From assembly GCA_014323965.1 (NCBI GenBank), contig JACONB010000017.1:1-32928 (forward strand): a stretch of 32,928 bases of DNA. The letters run 5' to 3'. Of this stretch, positions 26,234 through 32,928 are shown in pieces (position 1 is the stretch's first letter; each line of letters opens with the position of its first letter). A program made the position numbers and the translations under genes. The notes under the pieces are model-generated. The model worked only from the letters and a program-made list of their open reading frames with translations. It did no database searches and was not told the origin of the DNA. The stretch is from Prochloron sp. SP5CPC1 (GTDB lineage Bacteria; Cyanobacteriota; Cyanobacteriia; Cyanobacteriales; Prochloraceae).

Positions 26234-26307
26234 TAGACTAGATTTGTGGCAATTTTTTGATTGTGTTTCGCCCACACAAAGGCGCAAAGAGAAGAGGAGG
26301 AGAAAAA
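26234..26307 (+). promoter_or_regulatory. -10 box (TAGACT) plus conserved leader upstream of the GUN4-only paralogue
   Basis: TAGACT-AGATTTGTGGCAATTTTTTGATTGTGTTTCGCC-CACACAAAGGCGCAAAGAGAAGAGGAGGAG...ATG. The first 39 nt, up to GTTTCGCC, differ at only 1 position from the kinase upstream region. Confidence 0.55.
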
Positions 26308-26703
26308 ATGGTGTTTAGAGCAGGGGATAGGTTGACAAATCGTCCCTATGAAATTAAAAAGGAAGTAGGGATGGATTATACTAGCTTGCGGGATTTATTA
26401 GCAGCGGGGAAGTGGAAAAAGGCGAACTGGGAAACAGGTCAGGTCATATTACGTGCTGCTAACCGAGAGAAAGAAGGTTGGTTGAGATATGAAGACATAG
26501 AAAAGTTTCCCAAAACCGACTTTCGCACTATGGACGATTTGTGGGTGGAATATTCCTCTGGGTGCTTCGGTTTTAGCGTTCAGAAGCGTATCTGGGAAAA
26601 ATTGGGTGGAACCAAGGAGTGGGATGATGGAATAGCGAAAAATTGGGGTGTAGCTATTGGGTGGAGACGAGAAGAGTCATGGATAAACTACAAACGTATG
26701 TAG
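26308..26703 (+). CDS. stand-alone GUN4-like domain protein carrying the N-terminal 17 residues of a Ser/Thr kinase
   Basis: MVFRAGDRLTNRPYEIKKEVG (kinase N-terminus up to the glycine loop) joined directly to DYTSLRDLLAAGKWKKANWET...KEGWLRYEDIEKFPKTDFRTMDDLWVEYSSGCFGFSVQKRIW (GUN4-like). Confidence 0.8.
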   Translation: MVFRAGDRLTNRPYEIKKEVGMDYTSLRDLLAAGKWKKANWETGQVILRAANREKEGWLRYEDIEKFPKTDFRTMDDLWVEYSSGCFGFSVQKRIWEKLGGTKEWDDGIAKNWGVAIGWRREESWINYKRM

Positions 26704-26748
26704 ATTTTTTCATAATAGTAATAATTTTACTAACTATAGTGAATCACT

Positions 26749-26927
26749 ATGGGAAGGATATCGCTTAGTTAACCGCAGAGGAACTTAACCGTTTATTTGC
26801 AGCGTTCGCCCCCCAACGCTCGTCGTCTCTTGGAAGCACTAGAGCAGTCTCAATAGTGGGATAAGGAAGAACCACCTTCCCCTCATACTTTAGAAGAACT
26901 GTCCTCGGAGTTGGGTATTGAAAGATA
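26749..26927 (+). pseudogene. possible antitoxin remnant upstream of the YoeB-like fragment
   Basis: The frame from the ATG at 26749 carries two in-frame stops and ends ...LLEALEQSQ*WDKEEPPSPHTLEELSSELGIER*. An alternative frame reads AEELNRLFAAFAP. No intact ORF is present. Confidence 0.25.
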
Positions 26928-27157
26928 AGAGAAAAAAAACAAAACCCAATCTTTCCAGGTTACCAAAATTAGAGATACCTTCTCGATATCCTCTTTTCAC
27001 CAACCGTTTTCGGGAAGATTGTCGTTGGTGGCACAGAACCGACAAACAAAAAGCCGATAAAGTATTCGATCTCGTCACAGCAGTCATGAAAGACCCCTTC
27101 CACGGTGTCGGATACTTTCCTACTAACTGCTTGTTACAAGGAACGGTAATATGGTAG
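26918..27157 (+). pseudogene. Txe/YoeB-family toxin remnant
   Basis: From about 26984, RYPLFTNRFREDCRWWHRTDKQKADKVFDLVTAVMKDPFHGVG matches the first ~50 aa of YoeB (F..a.eD..yW...DKK...K...Li....dPF.GiG). The catalytic C-terminal half (KPEPL...SRRI..EHR) is replaced by unrelated residues, and there is no proper start codon at the homologous N-terminus. Confidence 0.55.
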
Positions 27158-27204
27158 CAATAATTAGATTGAAAAAAAGAGGTTTACGAGACGTGGGTTT
27201 ATGC

Positions 27205-27253
27205 TATAGTAGATTTTTTTGATTAAACCACAGAAGAGCAGAGGGCGCAGAGA
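27205..27253 (+). promoter_or_regulatory. -10 box (TATAGT) plus short leader-repeat version upstream of tldD
   Basis: TATAGT-AGATTTTTTTGATTAAAC-CACAGAAGAGCAGAGGGCGCAGAGA-ATG. Confidence 0.45.
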
Positions 27254-28720
27254 ATGATAACTACTGAACTAGCTACTCTAGCAACTGATATAATGAGCAA
27301 AAGTGGCTGCGAATATGGAGATATCAGGTTATGCAGCTATCGAACTCAAAACCTGACGGCACGGGATCGCTCCCTAACTAACCTTTCTGATAACGTCAGT
27401 TCCGGTTTCGGGGTGCGAGTACTGAAAGACGGGGCTTGGGGTTTTGCAGCTAGTTACAGCTTGACAGCAGCTGAGGTAAAGAGAATAGTTGCTTTAGCTC
27501 TAGAAACCGCCAAAGGTAGTGGTCTCTCGAACCAAGAACCAGTGCGGTTAGTTCCTGTCCCAGCCTATCAAGATAAGTATACCACACCCATAAAAATTAA
27601 CCCTTTTGAAGTCTCTATAGAAGAGAAAGCCGAGTTGCTCCTACATATTAACGAGAAGTTGTTGGCTTTTGGGGAACGGGGGATTAAAAAAGCTTATTCC
27701 TTCCTGCGGTTAGGGAAGGAAGACAAGACTTTTGCTTCTACAGAAGGTTCCCTCATAGAACAGATAATATACCGCAGTTATCCCGGGTTTGGTTGCACAG
27801 CTTTGGGAAACGGAGACGCTCAAAGTCGCAGTTACGAACGTCCTCCTTTAAACTTAGGTTACGAACATATTGACAAGTCCGATTTATTAGCTAATGTAAA
27901 TAGGGTAGCCGAAGAAGCCATCGAAAAAGTCCGAGCACCAGACGGTCCTAATAATATACACAGTAATATTATTCTCCAACCCACGAACCTATGGCTCACG
28001 ATCCACGAGTCCGTAGGACACCCCACAGAACTAGACCGGGTTTACGGTTATGAAGCCAACTTTGCTGGAACTAGCTTTGCCACAACAGAGAAATTGGGTA
28101 AATTGCAATATGGGGCACCCTGGATTAATTTGGTAGCCGATCGCACTCAACCAGGGGGACGAGGAACCACAGGTTATGATGATGAAGGAGTGAAAGCACA
28201 ACGGTGGTATGTGGTGAAAGAGGGGATATTAGTAGATTATCTCACTGATAGAGAGACTGCCTATCGTTTAGGTAGAGGAAGTAGCAACGGTAGTGCTTAT
28301 GCTGATAATTGGTCTAGTCCACCTATGGTGCGCATTCCTAATTTGGGGTTAGAACCAGGAGTTCCAGGAGGGAGTCATACTGCTACTTTAGAGGAGATGA
28401 TTGCTGATACAGAAGAGGGGATTTTAATCGACGGTATGGGGAGCTTTTCTATCGACCAACAGCGACGCAACTTCCAGTTTGGCGGGGATGCTTTTTGGCA
28501 GGTTAAAAAGGATAAAGTGGTGGGGATGTTGAAGAATGTTACTTATCATAGCAATACTGTTGATTTTTGGAACAGTGTCGATGCCATCGGCCCTAGGACA
28601 GAGTTGCAACAGTGTGGTACTAATATGTGTGGTAAAGGGGAACCTATGCAACTAGCCCAAATGACCCATGGTTGTGTACCTGTGCGGGTGAGGGATATTA
28701 AAATTGGTCTATCCTCATAA
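27254..28720 (+). CDS. tldD: TldD/PmbA family metalloprotease
   Basis: GDIRL...GFGVRVL.DGAWGFA...HESVGHPTELDR (HExxxH)...GTTGYDDEG...GMGSFSID...G. 488 aa. Confidence 0.85.
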   Translation: MITTELATLATDIMSKSGCEYGDIRLCSYRTQNLTARDRSLTNLSDNVSSGFGVRVLKDGAWGFAASYSLTAAEVKRIVALALETAKGSGLSNQEPVRLVPVPAYQDKYTTPIKINPFEVSIEEKAELLLHINEKLLAFGERGIKKAYSFLRLGKEDKTFASTEGSLIEQIIYRSYPGFGCTALGNGDAQSRSYERPPLNLGYEHIDKSDLLANVNRVAEEAIEKVRAPDGPNNIHSNIILQPTNLWLTIHESVGHPTELDRVYGYEANFAGTSFATTEKLGKLQYGAPWINLVADRTQPGGRGTTGYDDEGVKAQRWYVVKEGILVDYLTDRETAYRLGRGSSNGSAYADNWSSPPMVRIPNLGLEPGVPGGSHTATLEEMIADTEEGILIDGMGSFSIDQQRRNFQFGGDAFWQVKKDKVVGMLKNVTYHSNTVDFWNSVDAIGPRTELQQCGTNMCGKGEPMQLAQMTHGCVPVRVRDIKIGLSS

Positions 28721-28793
28721 CCTTACCATAAAATTACTCTAAACTTAATAATTTATTAAGTGCCACTACAGAAACCAACACCCTAAATATTAC

Positions 28794-29642
28794 TTAAAAA
28801 GAGTAAACTTTACCATCCATTAGCAGTCGTGTAATACCCTTACCTTGGAGATGAGAAGAAGTTTTCGCAAACATTTCCCCATCGGGAACTTTAATTACCC
28901 GTTGGGAACGATTGGAAAAACGTCGGGCTACCTTGTGGTTCTCAAAAATAGGCAGGGTTTTCTGCTGCACTTCTTTTGGAGGTATTCTTCCCAGATCACC
29001 AAATTCTTTTAGGGGTCGGACGATTAATTCTGCCCTGCGGTCAATAACCACATAGCAAATATTGGGAAAGGTTGCTTTCCCTAAGGGCAAAACTTGAAAA
29101 TCAGACTTACTAAGTTGGGGGAGGGGTTCTTCTTCCCAGTCGTCCTCGTCGCTATCTTCTAAATCCTCTTCATCTTCGTTCAAATCCCCCAAATCTTCCC
29201 CAAGTAGCTCCTGGAGTGCCGCCACATCTACCATAGGTCCATCCTCATCCTCTTTGGTATCTTCGTTCTTTCCAGAAAACAAATTGAGCTGCTTTGCCGC
29301 AGTAACTGTATTGACTGGTTGTGGTTTGGCCTTCTCTTGTAGGATTGGAGTTTCAGTTTTCTTTTTCTGGGAACGGGAGCGGCGCCGACGAGTGGCTGGT
29401 AACTCACTTTTCTCAGTTGAGGTATCTGATTCGTCTCCAGGAACGGGGGTAATACGGCGATTGTTCCGCTTTTGCTGAATTAATTCATCGTACTCCAAAT
29501 CAGACAAGTTAGTCTTGAGAAAACGGCTAATAGTGGAGCTACTGACCTGATACAGCTCTGCTAGAGTTGAGGTTGTTTCTCCTGAGGTGCGATAAAGCTG
29601 TATAATCCTTTCTTTGTCTTCATCAGATAATTTTCTTGGCAT
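28794..29642 (-). CDS. conserved hypothetical protein: N-terminal helix-turn-helix, basic then highly acidic linker, conserved C-terminal domain
   Basis: LSDEDKERIIQLYRTSGETTSTLAELYQVSSSTISRFLK (HTH), RRRRSRSQKKK, then EDLGDLNEDEEDLEDSDEDDWEEE. The C-terminal ~110 aa are of unknown fold. Confidence 0.7.
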   Translation of the reverse strand: MPRKLSDEDKERIIQLYRTSGETTSTLAELYQVSSSTISRFLKTNLSDLEYDELIQQKRNNRRITPVPGDESDTSTEKSELPATRRRRSRSQKKKTETPILQEKAKPQPVNTVTAAKQLNLFSGKNEDTKEDEDGPMVDVAALQELLGEDLGDLNEDEEDLEDSDEDDWEEEPLPQLSKSDFQVLPLGKATFPNICYVVIDRRAELIVRPLKEFGDLGRIPPKEVQQKTLPIFENHKVARRFSNRSQRVIKVPDGEMFAKTSSHLQGKGITRLLMDGKVYSF

Positions 29643-29889
29643 GGTTTAATCAATAACCCCCAACTCAGCCCAATCGTAGTTACAAGAACAGCTTCTTCTA
29701 TTAGATTGGATTTTTGTCATTTTGACGCAGGATAATTTTCCCAGAGCGCGCCTCTCAACTGCGAAATAACCTGGAATATTGGGTTTCATGGCTCATACTT
29801 GCTAATGCCAAGCCCCAACTGCAACATCGATTTGACCGCTCTAATGAGTCAAAAATGGTGTCCTGTGCTATTTTGATGGGAGTACTGTT

Positions 29890-29929
29890 GGATTAGAGGA
29901 ACTGGTGTTTAAGCCAGTTGCCCCCATCC
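29890..29929 (-). other. group II intron domain VI with bulged branch-point adenosine (29894)
   Basis: GGAU-GGGGG-C-AACUGG-loop-CCAGUU-CCUCU-A-AUCC. All helices pair, two of them by G-U. Confidence 0.7.
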
Positions 29930-29932
29930 TTA

Positions 29933-29963
29933 GAACCGTACCGTATCTACGCTCATATGGCTC
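29933..29963 (-). other. group II intron domain V-like element
   Basis: GAGCCAUAUGAGCGUAGAUACGGUACGGUUC: AGC triad and GAGCC/GGUUC basal helix. It is 31 nt against the canonical 34, and the upper helix and bulge are irregular. Confidence 0.6.
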
Positions 29964-29979
29964 CCCAGTTTCATCGCTG

Positions 29980-31771
29980 TTAAGCAGCTCTGCCTCGTTT
30001 GCCATCTTTAATCCGTTCCTTATGCACTTCTTGATGTTGATGACATTCTCGGTGTAAGGCAACACAATTCTTGGGTTTCCAGTTGTTATGGTCTCTATTG
30101 ATGTGGTGTAATTCCACTATGTCACCCGGCCAGAACAGTTTGTTACAATGCGTACATTTCATCTTTTGCCGTTTCATCGTATTTCCGGTATAGCTGCCTT
30201 CATATTTCTTTGACTCTCGGTTTACCCAATAAATCAAATTTCCGTCATATGGACTTGCAGCTCCTTTAACCATTACATGTGAATTCACTCTGTGAGGTAC
30301 CGAAGGGAAGGCTAAATGGATTTGGGAATCCGTCAGTATTCTTTTGGCAGCCCTTTTGACTTTACCTCCAGAACCTTTCAGTTGCGCTGCTTTGGCATTA
30401 GCTATTCGCCCAGACTTCTTGCGGGACAACAATTTAGTTATCTCTTTTTCTTTTGCTTTTACCTTATCCCGTCGCAGTTTCTTCCATAGCCAATGGTTTA
30501 AAAACCACAAGCTATGTTTCCCCATGTCACAGAACTTATGATAGTTCCGCCATCCTCGGACTTTTGACCCTATCATTTTTAGACGAGTCTCTGTGTCCTT
30601 TTTCCCGCCAGATTTATCTGGCGTCCCAGTATTTCTCCAGGTCTTCTTAACCTCTTCTTTAATTTCTTTGTATGAATTTGAATGTGGTGTAGATTTAAAT
30701 CTTCCTTTGGAATCTACTTTAAAGTGCCATCCCAGAAAATCAAATCCATCCATAGCTTTACTCATCTTAGTCTTAGCTTCATTAATTTGTAAGCCTCTTT
30801 GCGCTAATCATTCGTCTATGTTACGCCGTAGCTTCTGGATATCAGCTCCGGGTTTACAAATAAATATGGCGTCGTCAGCATACCTGATGCCCCTTACACC
30901 TTTTCCGTTTCTCCCATATTTCTTCTGGGAGTACTGGTCTGACCCTAGGTTCTCAAATCCATCTAGGGCAATGTTTGCTAGTAAAGGTGAAATGACACCT
31001 CCTTGTGGGGTGCCTTCTTCACTAGAGGGACATTCTCCCTTAACACCTGCTCTTATTGCTTTCTTCAATCCATTTATGCCTTCTTTGGGATAAGACTACT
31101 CCTTTCAGAATCGCCTTATGGTTTATCTTATCGAAGCACTTACTGATATCCGTTTCCAGAACCAATTTGTCCTTCCCGTTTACTTCGCTATTCAAGTTAT
31201 TGAATATTAACTTTTGAGCATCATGGGCAGAGCGTCCGGGCCTAAACCCATAGCTCCTTTCTCCCGCTGTGGCCTCATAGGCAGGCTCTGCCGCATATTT
31301 CAGCAAGCCTTGCCAAGCCCTATCGGCTATCGTTGGGATACCCAATCCTCTGGTTTTCCCATTGGATTTAGGAATATTAACCCTTCGGAGCTTCTGATGC
31401 TGCCATTTCTCCCATTTCTGGTGCAGTTTCTGACATAGAGCTAACCGCTCTTTGGTTGAGAGTGCAGTTTTCCCATCCACTCCGACAGTTTTCTTCCCAG
31501 TGTTAAGTTGGGTTACCTGACGTACGGCTAACGCTTTGGCTGCCCGGCTGCGTAATAACAACCTTTGCAAGCGTTTGACCTTGGCTTTATTACCGTTCTT
31601 TTGAGCTTTGAAGATAGCCCGCTGTAAACGAAATACTTGCCTATGGAATTTCTTCCATGGCAAATCTTTCCAGACATCGTCTGCTTTCTTCCTTACCTTC
31701 AGCTTGGATGTCCAAACCTTCAGTATGGCTTCTAACAGCGGTATTGAATTGATTTTCGTACTGATATTCAC
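29980..31771 (-). pseudogene. group II intron reverse transcriptase/maturase with HNH endonuclease domain, broken into three ORFs
   Basis: ORF 31040..31771 carries RT domains 0-4 (IPKSNGKTRGLGIPTIADR, YGFRPGRSAHDA). ORF 30808..31068 carries GTPQGGVISPLLANIAL and RYADDAIFI (YADD). ORF 29980..30765 carries GFDFLGWHF, the maturase X region and HNH (CTHCN...ELHHINRDHNN...LHRECH). There is one frameshift (31040-31096) and one in-frame TGA (30808-30810). Confidence 0.85.
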
Positions 31772-32143
31772 AACTGGTTACCTTTTCTAATGAAACCCGG
31801 CGGCAATTACGCCGCAACAACCCTCGCTTTGACCATAAGACTATTGTCATTTAGCCTCCACTATTTACAACAACATCGACCAGGGTTTATACCCATGTTG
31901 TTAGAAGTCCAGCGAGTTTCTACTCGTTCCGAATGAACTATTGATATGGACCCTTGGAACTCATCTATTGACCCATGACCATCTCAGGAGTGTAAGTGAT
32001 TAATTACTTCCTTACGAGCATCTTTTCGGTCTCTCTTCTGCTGTTGAAACGGTTATAGCAGTGTCCTCTTTCAGGTCTGGTCAGGTCGAAGGAGTATGTT
32101 ACCATACTCCAGCTCCTTTTCAAAACCGTGCTTGCAACTTTCA

Positions 32144-32170
32144 CCCCCGGCATTGATTAATGGCGGGGGC
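32144..32170 (-). repeat. 27-nt hairpin repeat, copy 1 (CCCCCGGCATTGATTAATGGCGGGGGC on the plus strand)
   Basis: Identical to 32653-32679. Lies inside the intron 5' arm. Confidence 0.9.
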
Positions 32171-32652
32171 TCCTGCAAACTGTGGATGACTAATCCTTTG
32201 ACAAATTCCTGCTATCATATTTGGTACTGCTTACACAGGTCAGATAGATTTTCTTGGCCTTTCCTTCCTTAGTTGTTGTTTCCCGGCAACCCCTTTATAA
32301 GGTTCTTTGCCATATCTGTATTCCGTCCTAAGTCTGGTCTCGTTTGCTGCGGGCAATTGTTTCCGCTGTTACCAGCTTTCGTTTCGTTCCCGCGTCCTAT
32401 CCGTCGTTCCCGATAGAGTTTGCTAGACTCCCTCCTGGTTACCAACCCAGGTGGTTACCGACGTTTTTCGTCGTTCTAAATCCAGAATTGTTTTGAGCAT
32501 TTAGGTCTCACCAGTTCGCCTGCGGGTCACACCCCAGGGAAGCCCGTATCGAAAAAATAACCGGGCGGGTATATCTTCTTGTTTGGCACTGTGTGCTGAC
32601 CATTTCTGGCCCACCTCCATGTTAGACGCTTTTAACGGTGATTCACTTACTG

Positions 32653-32679
32653 CCCCCGGCATTGATTAATGGCGGGGGC
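32653..32679 (-). repeat. 27-nt hairpin repeat, copy 2
   Basis: Identical to 32144-32170, 509 nt apart in the same orientation. Confidence 0.9.
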
Positions 32680-32848
32680 CGGGGGCGGCTTTAGCCTCTA
32701 ACGACTCGCCCGTTTTTCACATGGTTCACTTAAGTTATTCCGGTATTCTCCCCATTAGCGCCAGTGTGGTTATCCACCGCTTGTTTACCTCTGATTGCGC
32801 CCTGTTTCCAGCTTCACTCCGGGTGACAAACCCTCGGTGTGGAAAGAA

Positions 32849-32885
32849 GCTCACAGAGGCACAGAGGCGCAGAGGATAGCACGGT
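32849..32885 (+). repeat. (CAGAGGCR)n leader repeat upstream of the last, partial gene; abuts the intron 5' end
   Basis: gctCACAGAGGCACAGAGGCGCAGAGGAtagcacggt-ATG. Confidence 0.7.
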
Positions 32886-32928
32886 ATGGATGAGCGCTTC
32901 AAACGCCTGTTTATAAATCCTCCGTGCC
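32886..32928 (+). CDS. possible 5' end of a plus-strand gene running off the window (MDERFKRLFINPPC...)
   Basis: ATG is placed after a leader repeat exactly as in the kinase, GUN4 and tldD genes, and the frame is open to the window end. Only 14 codons are visible. Confidence 0.3.
   Translation, partial: MDERFKRLFINPPC

Larger units (their letters stand above)
29887..32854 (-). mobile_element. group II intron (2968 nt) with a degenerate intron-encoded protein
   Basis: RT/X/HNH ORF. Domain V-like GAGCC...GGUUC at 29963-29933. Domain VI helix with bulged A 29894, 7 nt from the ...AAC 3' end at 29887. GGGAACGAAACGAAAGC (32391-32375) and ACCAGACUUAGGAC (32338-32325) match the end of domain I of Ll.LtrB as I recall it. 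5' GUGAG at 32854-32850. There are no ORFs of 60 aa or more from 31851 to the window end. The 5' boundary is less certain than the 3' boundary. Confidence 0.8.

Noticed and set aside
25620-26236. ORFs 25620..26129 (minus strand, 169 aa) and 25955..26236 (plus strand, 93 aa).
   Set aside because: The first runs antisense into thrC. Both translate palindromic G/C-rich repeats into low-complexity P/G/R strings, and no family resemblance was seen.
29980-31771. The reverse transcriptase as a retron, DGR or Abi-type defence RT.
   Set aside because: The RT is followed by a maturase X region and an HNH domain. It is embedded between recognisable group II domains I and V/VI. No msr/msd-like inverted repeats, template/variable repeat pair or effector gene is present.
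32528-32532. Alternative intron 5' end at GUGUG (minus strand), which fits the GUGYG consensus better than GUGAG at 32854.
   Set aside because: The upstream exon would end ...CCCUGGG, and I found no complementary CCCAGG-type EBS1 in the intron. The LtrB-like end-of-domain-I motif would then lie only about 140 nt from the 5' end, too short for domain I. The 322 nt beyond it are also ORF-free and look like intron RNA (GUGAAGCUGGAAACAGG). I keep it as a possibility (nested or duplicated segment) but not as the primary call.
31851-32928. The ORF-free 1.08 kb as RNase P RNA, tmRNA, SRP RNA or a riboswitch.
   Set aside because: None of the conserved cores I know is present (GGAAAGUCCGG for RNase P, the tmRNA tag and acceptor ends, the SRP GGAA/AGCA loop). 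Group II domain I motifs explain the region.

Overview
HIP1-rich cyanobacterial chromosomal segment with about 35 protein-coding loci. I recognised no rRNA, tRNA or CRISPR array. Housekeeping and photosynthesis-linked genes (murE, rimO-crhR, thrC, cysK-like, nadB, psbU, btpA, VKOR-thioredoxin, tldD) are interleaved with three other groups. The first is a thiol/peroxide set: a type II peroxiredoxin divergent from a PerR-like Fur regulator, a 1-Cys Prx, a GST and a Grx-like protein. The second is accessory nuclease and toxin-antitoxin genes: two Uma2, an Rpn/DUF4351, ParDE and a decayed YoeB-like module. The third is a 2968-nt group II intron on the minus strand at the 3' end. Four things deserve a second look. 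(1) The intron sits inside a (CAGAGGCR)n octamer leader repeat, and candidate EBS1/EBS2 6-mers are complementary to that repeat. Its RT/maturase/HNH ORF carries one frameshift and one in-frame TGA, and its 5' arm holds a duplicated 27-nt hairpin. (2) A portable -10/leader cassette is shared by unrelated genes. (3) A Ser/Thr kinase-GUN4 gene has a paralogue from which the whole kinase domain has been cleanly excised while promoter, leader and first 17 codons are kept. (4) Many genes are interrupted or internally deleted (GHL10 hydrolase, nadB, crhR, GT23-like transferase, FHA fragment, YoeB remnant, intron ORF). All family assignments come from motif recognition by eye, and boundaries of non-coding elements are approximate.
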